Shown in pieces: positions 53,742 to 63,214 of a stretch of 64,000 nt of DNA. The position numbers and the translations under genes are program-made. Position 1 is the stretch's first letter; each line of letters opens with the position of its first letter. A model generated the notes under the pieces. That model had not been told where the DNA came from. It did not search any database and was given only the letters and a program-made list of their open reading frames with translations. Location of the stretch: assembly GCA_963781675.1 (NCBI GenBank), contig CAWAGF010000006.1, forward strand, positions 534,192 to 598,191. Direction: 5' to 3'. Origin of the DNA: an uncultured Actinomycetota bacterium (GTDB taxonomy: Bacteria; Actinomycetota; Actinomycetes; Mycobacteriales; SCTD01).

Positions 53742-54493
53742 GGCAGCCGGCCGACCTGGTCCACCCACCTCAGCGGCGGGACGGCGTCGATGACGCGGCT
53801 GTACGAGACGACCTCCGACAGCCCGGTCAGCGCGGCGAGCACCGCCAGCGCGCGCAGCCTGCGCTCGGGGTGCCGATGCAGCAGGGCCAGGCCGAGCACG
53901 GCGCCGAGGGCGTTGGCGCCGGCGTCGCCGAGCATCGTCCGCTCTCCCAGGTCGTCCGGCAGCAGCGCCACGGCGGCCGCGGCAGGACCGGGCTGGCGCA
54001 GGACCAGCGCACCGAGCGCACCTGCCTTGAGCGCCCGCCCGGGGCGCAGGTCCAGCAGGTTCAGCAGGTTGGCGCTGCCGGCCACGACCGCACCGCCGAG
54101 CACGACGTCGCCCAGCGGCCGCCGTCCGAGCAGGCGCGCGGCGGCGAGGCCGGCTCCGCCGATGCCGACCACCTTCACCGCCCCGCCGGTCAGCTGACCG
54201 GAGCGCGCCGCCGCGACGTGACCGCGGAACCCCTTGGCGTGCGGGTGCTTCTGCCCCGTCGCGTCGTCGTACGCGCCGACTGCCGCCGCGCCGAGCGCGC
54301 CCACGAGCGCGGCCCGCCGGGGCAGGTCGGCAGAGGCTGCGAGGGCGACGGCGAGCGCTGGTCCGGAGAGCAGGGACAGCGGCCGGCCGCGGTGGTTGGT
54401 GCGGGTCCAGCGGACGGAGCCGCCGGGCGGTCGCGACAGCAGTGCGGCCTGCGCTCCACGCGCCACGAGCGCGCCGGTGGCCGCCGACCTCAT
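53738..54493 (-). CDS. MraY/WecA-like membrane phosphotransferase homolog
   Basis: RTNHRG, GAYDD, KGFRGH, ANLLNLLDLRPGRALK, MLGDAGANALGA; start uncertain. Confidence 0.75.
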   Translation of the reverse strand: MRSAATGALVARGAQAALLSRPPGGSVRWTRTNHRGRPLSLLSGPALAVALAASADLPRRAALVGALGAAAVGAYDDATGQKHPHAKGFRGHVAAARSGQLTGGAVKVVGIGGAGLAAARLLGRRPLGDVVLGGAVVAGSANLLNLLDLRPGRALKAGALGALVLRQPGPAAAAVALLPDDLGERTMLGDAGANALGAVLGLALLHRHPERRLRALAVLAALTGLSEVVSYSRVIDAVPPLRWVDQVGRLP

Positions 54494-54536
54494 CGCGCGG
54501 CGGCGCGGCGCGCGACGCCACCGCCGCCGCGGCGGG

Positions 54537-55497
54537 TCACGGCGTGGCCGCCGCCGGCAGGGGGGCCGAGGCGCCCGGACCGGCGCCGTACTGCCCCGCC
54601 CGCTCACGCACCTGCTCGGCCAGGGCGAGCACCGTCGCGACCTGCCCGATGCCGCGATCGGCGTTGTCCACCGACGACACGTCCGCCGCCAGGGAGGACT
54701 GCCCGCGCAGGGCCCGCACCAGGCCCCCCTCGGTGGCCGCGGCCGACGGTCCGGCGAGGACGGCACCGCGCGAGCGCGCGTCGAACGCCTTGCTCAGGGC
54801 GAGCATCGCGTCGAGCTGCTGCTGCTGGCCGGCCGACGGCTCCTTGCCGGGACCGGGCGGCGAGAGCAGGAGCACGAGCGTGGCCGGCGTGATCGTGTCG
54901 CCGCTGCCGGCCTCCGGGCTGAAGCGCACCAGGTCGGCCTCCTCGAAGGCGGCCACCACGGCCTGCGCCTCGCCGGCGTCGACGGCCTTGCTCCCGGCGC
55001 CGGACGTGAGCGCGGCGGCGAGCTCTGCGGCGGCGCGCTCGACCGGCTCGCCGTCGGGCAGCTTCACGCCCGCCGGAACCACCTGGGCCGACGAGGTCCT
55101 CGAGGAGCTGGCGCTGCTCGGACTCGCCGAGGGCGGCGCGCACCTCCAGCGAGCCGGTGACGGTGGCGCCCGCGTCGGTCAGCAGCGGTCGCACCTCCTC
55201 CGCGAGGCCGCCGGGCGTGTCGGCCGTGGTGACCAGCAGGACCCGCTGGTCCTCCAGCACGTCCTGCACGAGCGCCGGAGCGACCGAGGAGGCGAACTCG
55301 TCGGAGGCCGCGACCTCCCCCCGCAGCTGCTCGACGTCGCCCTCGAGCGCGCGCTTGTCGTCGGTGAGGCGGTTGATGCTGGTGCGCAGGCCGTCCTGGA
55401 TGGGTCCGTTCAACGCGGCGGTGCCGACGACGATGCCGACAGCCAGCGCGAGGAACACCGCGATGATCGACACCAGGTGGTACCGGAAGTCCACCAC
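54537..55497 (-). CDS. steB: SteB/MctB (DUF3186) family protein; frameshift near 55085
   Basis: DFRYHLVSIIAVFLALAVGIVVG, coiled coil, VSSVDNAD, GQYG. Confidence 0.9.
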
Positions 55498-55592
55498 GGT
55501 TCAGGCTCCTGACCTGCGGCGCGGCGTGCAGCGCACCGGCGACGACGGGGTCGGCGCGAGCGGGCGCGGCGGGGTCCAGGACACAGGTGGGG

Positions 55593-55621
55593 ACGCTAGT
55601 CGCGGGAGTGACCGAGGTCAG
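55593..55621 (-). promoter_or_regulatory. Candidate promoter of steB
   Basis: Minus strand CTGACC-N17-TAGCGT. Confidence 0.5.
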
Positions 55622-56481
55622 CGATGACGCGCGGGGACCCGCTGCCCGGCTGCGTCGTCCCGGCCGCGCTGCGGCGGCAGCGGGAGCGCCGGCGCGTCGT
55701 ACGACCGCTGGACGGTGCGGTCCTGGACCGCCCCGTACAGCCGTCCCTCGTAGGCCTTGACCGCCGCCACGAGGACGATGCTCACCACGACGAGCAGCGA
55801 CCAGGAGCCGAGCTTGGCCGGGTGGACCAGCGTCCACACCGACTCCTGCGAGGGGTACTGCCACGCGCGCAGCAGCGTCGCGAGGTTCTCGGCGAGCCAC
55901 AGGAAGAAGCCGATGCAGACGAAGGACGCCGCGAGCGGCATGGCGTACCGCCGTCTGCCGACGGTGAAGCGCACCGAGGTGCGCCAGGTGACGACGACGA
56001 GCAGCAGCGCGAGCGGCAGCCGGAGGTCGGGCAGCGCGTGCTCGGTGAAGAAGTTCGCGTAGACCAGCCCGGCGACGGCCGCGGTCGCCAGCGGCCGGTA
56101 GCGCGTGATCCGCAGGTCGAAGCGCCGCCAGGCCTGGCAGACGTAGCTGCCGACCGCGGCGTACATGAAGCCGCTGTAGAGCGGGACGGCGCCGACCGCG
56201 GCCCAGCCCGGGTCGGGGTAGGACCACGAGCCCTGCGCGACCTTGAACAGCTCGAGCGCCAGCCCGACGAGGTGGAAGCCGCCGATGACGGCGACCTCGC
56301 GGCCGGTCTCCCACCCGACCAGCCACAGCACGAGGGTGACGCCGAGGCACCAGAGCAGCAGCGCGTCCGCGGCGCCGAGCGGCAGCGGGACGACCCGCAC
56401 GACCGCCAGCCCGGCGAAGAAGAGCCCGGCGAACAGGCAGCACTGCGCCTCGATCCAGGCGAACCGCACGAGCTGCCGCAC
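55618..56481 (-). CDS. DUF817 family membrane protein
   Basis: [43 protein letters not shown]. Confidence 0.9.
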   Translation of the reverse strand: MRQLVRFAWIEAQCCLFAGLFFAGLAVVRVVPLPLGAADALLLWCLGVTLVLWLVGWETGREVAVIGGFHLVGLALELFKVAQGSWSYPDPGWAAVGAVPLYSGFMYAAVGSYVCQAWRRFDLRITRYRPLATAAVAGLVYANFFTEHALPDLRLPLALLLVVVTWRTSVRFTVGRRRYAMPLAASFVCIGFFLWLAENLATLLRAWQYPSQESVWTLVHPAKLGSWSLLVVVSIVLVAAVKAYEGRLYGAVQDRTVQRSYDAPALPLPPQRGRDDAAGQRVPARHR

Positions 56482-56504
56482 GCCCGGAGGCTAGCGTCGT
56501 CGCG

Positions 56505-57014
56505 GTGATCGTCCGCCGCGAGACCGCCGCCGATCGGCCGGCTGTCCGCGTGGTGGTCCGGGAGGCCTTCGGGGGCGGCGACCCGGTCGAGGTGCGCCTG
56601 CTCGACGCGCTGCGCCGCGACGCCGGCTGGCTGCCCGCCCTCTCGCTCGTCGCCCTGGGGGCCGACGGCAGCATCGCCGGGCACGTCGCGTGCACCCGCG
56701 CGCACGTCGACGACGTGCCGGTGGTGGCGCTGGGACCGCTGGCCGTACGACCGGACCTGCAGCGCACCGGTGTCGGCAGCGCACTCGTGCACGCGGTGCT
56801 CGGCGCCGCGGACGCGCTCACCGAGCCGCTGGTCGCGCTGCTCGGGCACACCGACTACTACCCGCAGTTCGGGTTCCGCCGGGGCACCGACCTCGGGGTC
56901 GAGCCGCCGGTCGCGGCCTGGGGCGCGCACTTCCAGGTGCGGCCGCTGCACGCGTACGACCCCTCGGTCCGCGGAGCGTTCGCGTACGCGCAGCCGTTCC
57001 GCGACCTGGGCTGA
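56505..57014 (+). CDS. GNAT N-acetyltransferase (YhbS-like)
   Basis: [33 protein letters not shown]. Confidence 0.9.
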   Translation: MIVRRETAADRPAVRVVVREAFGGGDPVEVRLLDALRRDAGWLPALSLVALGADGSIAGHVACTRAHVDDVPVVALGPLAVRPDLQRTGVGSALVHAVLGAADALTEPLVALLGHTDYYPQFGFRRGTDLGVEPPVAAWGAHFQVRPLHAYDPSVRGAFAYAQPFRDLG

Positions 57015-57032
57015 ACGTGCGAGGCTGACGGG

Positions 57033-57323
57033 GTGCTGAGGCAGCGGCTTCGTGACCTCGACCGCCGGGTGCTGCGGGAGGACGTGCGGCGCACCCCTGA
57101 GCAGTGGCGCCGGCAGATGGCCCGCTGGTGGTGGGTCCTCGGCGGCGCTGTGCTCATGGTGGTCGCGGACCTCGCGCTGGCCCTGCGCTACGACCGCCAC
57201 GGCGGCGGACCACTGCTGATCAGCTGCCTGGTGCTGGCGCACCAGTCCGGGCGGATGAAGGCCGAGCACGAGCGGATCACCGGCCGCGACGCATGGGCCC
57301 GGGTTCGGCCGCTCGGCGACTAG
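57033..57323 (+). CDS. Small hypothetical membrane protein
   Basis: Two hydrophobic segments; stop overlaps the steA stop. Confidence 0.55.
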   Translation: MLRQRLRDLDRRVLREDVRRTPEQWRRQMARWWWVLGGAVLMVVADLALALRYDRHGGGPLLISCLVLAHQSGRMKAEHERITGRDAWARVRPLGD

Positions 57324-58504
57324 AGCAGCCCGCGCAACCAGAACGTGAAGCTGGCCCACTGGTCGGCCAGGAGCTCGCCGTACGCCTGCCCCGCCGAGGA
57401 GACGAACACCGCCGCAGCCATGGCGATCAGCGTGGCGAGCACGAGCAGCACCAGCGACCAGGCCGAGATGCGCTGGCGGTACAGCCGGCTCACGCCCTTC
57501 GCGTCGACGAGCTTGCCGCCGACCCGCAGCCGGGTGAGGAAGGTCGAGGCCATCCCCTGGCGGCCCTTGTCCAGGAACTCCACCAGCGTCGCGTGCGTGC
57601 CGACCGCGACGATGAGCTGAGCGCCCGCCTCGTCGGCCAGCAGCATCGCGACGTCCTCGCTGGTGCCGGCGGCCGGGAAGACGACGGCCTCGACGCCGAG
57701 GTCCTGCACGCGCTGCAGGCCCGGGGCGTGCCCGTCGGCGTAGGCGTGCACCACGACCTCGGCGCCGCAGCGCAGCACCTCGTCGCTGACCGAGTCCATG
57801 TCGCCGACGATGAGGTCGGGCTGGTAGCCGTTCTCGCACAGCGCGTCCGCGCCGCCGTCGACGCCGATGAGGATCGGCCGGTACTCGCGGATGTACGGCC
57901 GCAGCGCCCGCAGGTCCTCGCGGTAGTCGTACCCGCGCACCACGATCAGCGCGTGCCGGCCCTCGAGCCGGGTGCGGATCTCCGGCACGCCGACGCCGTC
58001 GAGCAGCAGGTCCCGCTCCTTGAGCAGGTACTCCATCGTGTTCGCGGCGAACGCCTCGAGCTGGGTGGCGAGCCCGGCGCGGGCCTCCGCCATCGCGGCG
58101 CCGATCGTCTCGGCGTCCTGCTCGGTCCCGACGGCCAGCACGCGCTCCTGCGCGTCGTAGAGCGTGTCGCCGTCGAGGCGGACGACGTCGCCGTCCTTGA
58201 GCTCGCCGAACACGGTGTCGCCGACCGCGTCGAGCAGCGGGATGCCCGCGGCGAGCAGGATCTCGGGGCCGAGGTTCGGGTAGCGGCCGCTGGTGCTGGG
58301 CGCCGCGTTGACGACCGCCGCGACCTTGCAGGTGACCAGCGCGTCGGCGCTGACCCGGTCGATGTCGACGTGGTCGATGACCGCGATCTCGCCGGGCCGG
58401 ATCCGCTTGGTGAGGTTCTTCGTGCGCCGGTCGAGCCGGGCGACGCCGACGGTGCCGGGAAGCCGCTCGGCGTTCCGGCCACGTCGCAGCACGGCGAGCC
58501 TCAT
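57320..58504 (-). CDS. steA: Cytokinetic ring protein SteA
   Basis: RRTKNL, HVDIDRV, SGRYPNLGP, GVDGGAD, GDMDSV, MASTFLTRLRVG; directly downstream of recN. Confidence 0.95.
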   Translation of the reverse strand: MRLAVLRRGRNAERLPGTVGVARLDRRTKNLTKRIRPGEIAVIDHVDIDRVSADALVTCKVAAVVNAAPSTSGRYPNLGPEILLAAGIPLLDAVGDTVFGELKDGDVVRLDGDTLYDAQERVLAVGTEQDAETIGAAMAEARAGLATQLEAFAANTMEYLLKERDLLLDGVGVPEIRTRLEGRHALIVVRGYDYREDLRALRPYIREYRPILIGVDGGADALCENGYQPDLIVGDMDSVSDEVLRCGAEVVVHAYADGHAPGLQRVQDLGVEAVVFPAAGTSEDVAMLLADEAGAQLIVAVGTHATLVEFLDKGRQGMASTFLTRLRVGGKLVDAKGVSRLYRQRISAWSLVLLVLATLIAMAAAVFVSSAGQAYGELLADQWASFTFWLRGLL

Positions 58505-58556
58505 CGCGGACCAGTCTGCCAGAGCGGGCGTGCCCGTCCCGGGAGGCGCGCAGGCG

Positions 58557-60296
58557 TCAGGGCGCCGCGCGGTCCACCGCCGCCGCGGCCAGCAGCTCCT
58601 CCGCGTGCCCCCGTGCGAGCCCGGTGTCCACGCCCGCCAGCATCCGGGACAGCTCGGCCACCCGCTCCGTGTCGTCGAGCGTCACCACGCCGCTGCGCGT
58701 CACCGACCCGTCGCTGGCCTTGACGACCTGCAGGTGCCGGTCCGCGAACGCCGCCACCTGCGGCAGGTGCGTCACCACGACGACCTGGTGGTCGCGGGCG
58801 AGCCGGGCCAGCCGCCGCCCGACCTCGACGGCCGCCTTGCCGCCGACGCCCGCGTCCACCTCGTCGAACACCATGAGCGGCACCGGGTCCGACCCGGCGA
58901 AGACGACCTCGACCGCGAGCATCACGCGCGACAGCTCACCGCCGGAGGCCCCCTTCTGCAGCGCCCGCGCCGGCGCCCCCGGGTGCGGCTCGAGCAGCAG
59001 CTCGACGTCGTCGACGCCGTCGGCGGTGGCGGCCAGTCGCCGCTGACCGACGGGCAGCCCGTCCGGCTCGTCCCGCTGGGTCACCAGCGCGCTGACCTTC
59101 GCGTGGGGCATCGCCAGGTCGGTCAGCTCAGCGCTGACGGCCTTGCCGAACCGCCCAGCGGCTTTGCCTCGCGCGTCGCTCAGCCGCTGCGCGAGCCCGC
59201 CGAGGGAGGCCTCCAGCGCGACGTCCTGCTCCTGGAGCGCGGCGATCCGGTCGTCCGCGCCGTCCAGCTCGAGCAGCCGGTCGCTGGCCCGTGCGGCCCA
59301 GGCGAGCACGGCGTCGAGGTCGTCCACCCCGTGCCGCCGCACCAGGGCGGTCAGCACGGCGAGCCGCTCCTGGGCGACGGACAGCCGTACCGGGTCCGCG
59401 TCCACCGAGGCCAGGTAGCTCGACAGCTCCAGCGCCACGTCCGTCACCAGGTGGCCCAGCTCGGCCAGCCGACTGGCAAGCGCCCCGAGCAGGGCGTCGT
59501 GGCCGGCCGCGCCGTCCAGGGCCCGGCGAGCAGCGGTGACCAGCGACAGCGCGTCGCCCGCGTCCGGCGCGGCCTCGTCCCCGGTCAGCGCCTGCGCGGC
59601 TGTCGCCGCCGCGGCGCGCAGGTCGTCGGCGTTGGCCAGCCGCTCGATCTCGGCCACCAGCGCGAGGTCCTCCCCCGCCAGCGGCTCCGCGGCCTCGACC
59701 TCGGCCAGCCCGAGCCGCAGCAGCTCCGCCTCGCGGGCCCGCTCGGCGGCCTCCGCACGCAGCTGCTCCAGCGTGGCCCGTACGTCCCGCCAGCGCACCC
59801 ACTCTGCGGCGAACCGCTCCCGCAGCGCGGTGACGGCCTCACCGGCGTAGCGGTCCAGGGCTGCGCGCTGCTGCGCCGGCTTGAGCAGCCGCTGCTGGTC
59901 GCTCTGCCCGTGCAGCGCCATGACCTGCTCGCCGAGCTCGCCCAGCACCCCGACGGGGACGCTGCGCCCGCCGAGGTGCGCGCGGGAGCGGCCGTCGCTG
60001 CCGACGGTGCGGCTCACGAGCAGGGCGTCGTCGTCGAGCTCGGCGCCGGCGTCGGTCGCCCGGGTCACCGCCGGGTGGTGGGCGGGCAGGAGCAGGCGGC
60101 CCTCCACCAGCGCGCGCTCGGCGCCGGGCCGGACCCGCCCGGCGTCGCTGCGCCCGCCGAACAGCAGGCTCAGCCCCTGCACGACCATCGTCTTGCCGGC
60201 GCCGGTCTCGCCGGTCACCACCGTCAGCCCGGGGCCGAGCTGCAGGACGGCGTCGTCGATCACGCCGAGCCCGCGGATGCGCATCTCCTCCAGCAC
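58557..60296 (-). CDS. recN: DNA repair protein RecN
   Basis: TGETGAGKT, HGQSDQ, ASGGELSR, FDEVDAGVGG, THLPQVA. Confidence 0.97.
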   Translation of the reverse strand: MLEEMRIRGLGVIDDAVLQLGPGLTVVTGETGAGKTMVVQGLSLLFGGRSDAGRVRPGAERALVEGRLLLPAHHPAVTRATDAGAELDDDALLVSRTVGSDGRSRAHLGGRSVPVGVLGELGEQVMALHGQSDQQRLLKPAQQRAALDRYAGEAVTALRERFAAEWVRWRDVRATLEQLRAEAAERAREAELLRLGLAEVEAAEPLAGEDLALVAEIERLANADDLRAAAATAAQALTGDEAAPDAGDALSLVTAARRALDGAAGHDALLGALASRLAELGHLVTDVALELSSYLASVDADPVRLSVAQERLAVLTALVRRHGVDDLDAVLAWAARASDRLLELDGADDRIAALQEQDVALEASLGGLAQRLSDARGKAAGRFGKAVSAELTDLAMPHAKVSALVTQRDEPDGLPVGQRRLAATADGVDDVELLLEPHPGAPARALQKGASGGELSRVMLAVEVVFAGSDPVPLMVFDEVDAGVGGKAAVEVGRRLARLARDHQVVVVTHLPQVAAFADRHLQVVKASDGSVTRSGVVTLDDTERVAELSRMLAGVDTGLARGHAEELLAAAAVDRAAP

Positions 60297-60311
60297 GGCT
60301 CCACCTCCGAC

Positions 60312-60333
60312 TCGCTCGTGCGTTCGAAGACTA
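60312..60333 (-). promoter_or_regulatory. Putative LexA (SOS) box adjacent to the -10 of recN
   Basis: Minus strand TAGTCT followed by TCGAAC-GCAC-GAGCGA (2 mismatches to TCGAAC-N4-GTTCGA). Confidence 0.6.
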
Positions 60334-61239
60334 GGCCGGGGGTCGGACGTTCTCCCGCGCGCCACGCCAGCCCTCCACAGGCAGCGCGAACTTCCTGACG
60401 AGGGTGTCGGTGAAGGGCTTGCCTCGGGTGCGTGCCAGCAGGACAGGGTCGGTCCCCCGCCTCACCTCGACGCGCGCCCCGTGCGGGAGGTCGCGCGTGC
60501 GCCGGCCGTCGCACGCGACCACCCCCGTCGTCCCGCTCGGCAGCACGTCGAGCGCGATCACCGACGTGGGCGCGGCGACCAGCGGCCGGGCGAACAGGGC
60601 GTGCGCGCTGATCGGCACGACGAGCAGCGCCTCCACCGTCGGCCACACCACGGGACCGCCGGCCGAGAACGCGTACGCCGTGGAGCCGGTGGGCGTGGCA
60701 GCCACGACGCCGTCGCAGCCCCAGCGCGACAGCGGTCGTCCGTCGACCTCGACGAGCAGCTCGAGCATCCGCTCGCGCGCGGCCTTCTCCACGCTGCACT
60801 CGTTCAGCGCCCAGCCGGTGTCGACGACCTCCCCGTCGACCAGCACGTCGACGTCGAGGGTCATCCGCTGCTCGACCTCGTAGTCGCGGTCCAGGACGCG
60901 GTCCAGGGTGAGGTCGAGGTCGGCGGACTCGGCCTCGGCCAGGAAGCCGACCCGCCCGAGGTTCACGCCGAGCAGCGGTACCGCCGCCGCACGCGCCAGC
61001 TCCGCCGCGCGCAGGATCGAGCCGTCCCCGCCCAGCACGAGCACCAGCTCCGCGCCGGCGGCGGAGCCCGGGCCGCCGTCGCAGTGCTCGATCCCGGTGA
61101 GCCCGATGTCGGCGGCCTCCTGCTGGAGGACCCGCACCGTCACCCCGGCGTCCTGCAGCCGGTGCGCCGCGTGCCGGGCGGCCTCGGCGATGTCGGGGCG
61201 CCCGGTGTGGGCCAGCAGCAGGACCGAGCGCGTCGTCAC
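60331..61239 (-). CDS. nadK: NAD kinase
   Basis: LGGDGS, NLGRVGFL, ALNE, TPTGSTAYAFSAGG. Confidence 0.96.
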   Translation of the reverse strand: MTTRSVLLLAHTGRPDIAEAARHAAHRLQDAGVTVRVLQQEAADIGLTGIEHCDGGPGSAAGAELVLVLGGDGSILRAAELARAAAVPLLGVNLGRVGFLAEAESADLDLTLDRVLDRDYEVEQRMTLDVDVLVDGEVVDTGWALNECSVEKAARERMLELLVEVDGRPLSRWGCDGVVAATPTGSTAYAFSAGGPVVWPTVEALLVVPISAHALFARPLVAAPTSVIALDVLPSGTTGVVACDGRRTRDLPHGARVEVRRGTDPVLLARTRGKPFTDTLVRKFALPVEGWRGARENVRPPA

Positions 61240-61252
61240 GCCCCCGACCTTC

Positions 61253-62038
61253 TCACTGCGGCCCCTCCGCAACCGCCCGCAGGAGCAGCTCCTCCTCCAG
61301 CGGCGGAGCGTCGGTGGTCAGCCACAGGAAGTACTCCACGTTCCCGCTCGGCCCCGGCAGCGGACTGGCCGTCACCGCCCGGACTCCCAGGCCGAGCTCG
61401 GCGGCCTGCGCCGCCACGCCCCGTACCGCCTCCGCCCGCAGGCCGGGGTCGCGCACCACTCCGCCGCTCGGCAGCCGCTCCTTGCCGACCTCGAACTGCG
61501 GCTTGACCATCGGCAGCAGGTCGGCGCCCGGCCGGCAGCAGCCCACCAGCGCGGGCAGCACCAGCCCGAGCGGGATGAACGACAGGTCGCTCACCACCAG
61601 GTCGACCGGCTCGTCGAGCGTCAGCGACCGGACGTTCGTGCGGTCCAGCACCGTCACCCGCTCGTCGGTCTGCAGCGACCAGGCCAGCTGCCCGTAGCCG
61701 ACGTCGGCCGCCACCACGTGCCCCGCCCCGCGCCGCAGCAGCACGTCGGTGAAGCCGCCCGTGGACGCACCGGCGTCGAGCACCCGCTTGCCCGCGGGGT
61801 CGTACCCGAACGCGTCCAGCGCCCCGGCCAGCTTGTGCCCGCCACGACTGACGTACGAGGGCCCCGCCGGCTGGTCCACCAGCAGTGGGGTCGCCGCCTC
61901 TACAGCAGTCGCCGGCTTGGTGGCGACGGTGCCGGCGACCTTCACCAGTCCGGCGGCGACCAGCTCCGCGGCCTGCTCCCGGCTGCGGGCGAGGCCACGA
62001 CGGACGAGCTCGGCGTCAAGGCGCGCGCGGCGGGCCAG
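61253..62038 (-). CDS. tlyA: TlyA rRNA 2'-O-methyltransferase
   Basis: RLDAELVRRGLARSR S4 domain, VSRGGHKL, DAGASTGGFT, DLSFI, KPQFE, GNVEY; apparent CTG start. Confidence 0.94.
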   Translation of the reverse strand: MARRARLDAELVRRGLARSREQAAELVAAGLVKVAGTVATKPATAVEAATPLLVDQPAGPSYVSRGGHKLAGALDAFGYDPAGKRVLDAGASTGGFTDVLLRRGAGHVVAADVGYGQLAWSLQTDERVTVLDRTNVRSLTLDEPVDLVVSDLSFIPLGLVLPALVGCCRPGADLLPMVKPQFEVGKERLPSGGVVRDPGLRAEAVRGVAAQAAELGLGVRAVTASPLPGPSGNVEYFLWLTTDAPPLEEELLLRAVAEGPQ

Positions 62039-62039
62039 C

Positions 62040-62204
62040 TCAGGCCTCGTCGAGCGTGGCCAGCGCGTCCTGCAGCAGCCGGTGCACCTCGTCGAAGACC
62101 TCGACGTGCTCGGCGGTCGGCCGGTCCTCGAGCCCGTCCAGCCGGCTGAGGGCGGCGACCACGGCCGGCGGCTCGCCCGCGGCGACGGTGTCGGCCCCGG
62201 TCAC
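62040..62204 (-). CDS. Small conserved hypothetical protein upstream of tlyA
   Basis: 54 aa with EHVEVFDEVHRLLQDAL; GTGA overlap with the upstream gene. Confidence 0.75.
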   Translation of the reverse strand: MTGADTVAAGEPPAVVAALSRLDGLEDRPTAEHVEVFDEVHRLLQDALATLDEA

Positions 62205-62728
62205 GCGCCGGCCTTCGTGGCAGGCGCCTTCTTCGCAGGCGCCTTCTTCGTAGGCGCCGTCTTCGTAGGCGCCTTCTTCGCAGGCGCCGTCTTGGCAGGC
62301 GCCTTGGCCGCCGCGGGTTGGCCGGGGGTCTTGGCTGCCGAGCTGGACGCCGCGCCCGCCCCGCCGCCGCCGCCGGACGCGCCTGCCTTCGCACCAGACT
62401 CTGCGCCCGCCCCGCCGCCGCCGGCTCCACGGCTCTCCGCCAGCTGCGCCTCCAGCGTCCGCACCCGCTGCGTCAGCTCGGTAACCTCGTCCGCGCTGGC
62501 CAGCCCGACGCGGCCGAGCGCCCGGTCGACCTCGAAGCCGACCAGGGCCACGACCGCCTCCCGGTTCTGCCGCGTCTGCGACAGCAGGTCCTCGGCCAGC
62601 GAGCTGACCTGCTCCGCCGCCGCCTCACCGGACGCGACCAGCGCCTTCGCGGCGTCCAGCGCCCGCTGGCGGGTGACCTCGGTGACGCCCCCGGCCAGGG
62701 CCAGGTAGCTCTTCAGCGCATCGCGCAC
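62201..62728 (-). CDS. Phasin-like protein with a PAKK-type basic tail
   Basis: DALKSYLALAGG, EVDRAL..GLAS.DEV..L..RV..LE; 15-bp repeat x5 at 62221-62295. Confidence 0.75.
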   Translation of the reverse strand: MRDALKSYLALAGGVTEVTRQRALDAAKALVASGEAAAEQVSSLAEDLLSQTRQNREAVVALVGFEVDRALGRVGLASADEVTELTQRVRTLEAQLAESRGAGGGGAGAESGAKAGASGGGGGAGAASSSAAKTPGQPAAAKAPAKTAPAKKAPTKTAPTKKAPAKKAPATKAGA

Positions 62729-62838
62729 GGCGTGTACCCCTGTCGCTCGACGAGGCCCGGACGGTACCGCGGGATGCTCGGCCGCCAGGGCTAGCGTGAT
62801 CCGGCGCGCATCGGGAAGGGGCGCGCGGACGAGGGGAG

Positions 62839-63192
62839 GTGGGCGTGGCGTCGGTCCAGGAGTGCGAGCGCGCCCTCATGTCGCTCGCGGAAAGGCTGGC
62901 TGCCGTCGACCCCGACGTGCGCGCGAAGTACGTCGTGCAGCGAACGCTGGCCTGCCGGGTGCCCGACCTCGGTGTGGTGTTCCTCGCGACGCTGAACGAC
63001 GAGGGCATCGAGGAGCTGCGCTGCACGGACGGGCGCGACACTGACGGCGCCCAGGTGCGGCTCGCGGCCGAGAGCGACGACCTGGTGGCCCTGCTCGAGG
63101 GGGAGCTGTCACCGCCCGTGGCCTGGGCGACAGGACGGCTGAAGGTGCAGGCCAGCCCGCTCGACCTGCTGAAGCTCCGCGCCCTGCTCTGA
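62839..63192 (+). CDS. SCP2 sterol-binding domain protein
   Basis: SDDLVAL..G.L....AWATGRLKVQAS..DLLKLR; GGAGG RBS. Confidence 0.85.
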   Translation: MGVASVQECERALMSLAERLAAVDPDVRAKYVVQRTLACRVPDLGVVFLATLNDEGIEELRCTDGRDTDGAQVRLAAESDDLVALLEGELSPPVAWATGRLKVQASPLDLLKLRALL

Positions 63193-63214
63193 AGACCGGG
63201 CCTGCGGCCGGACG

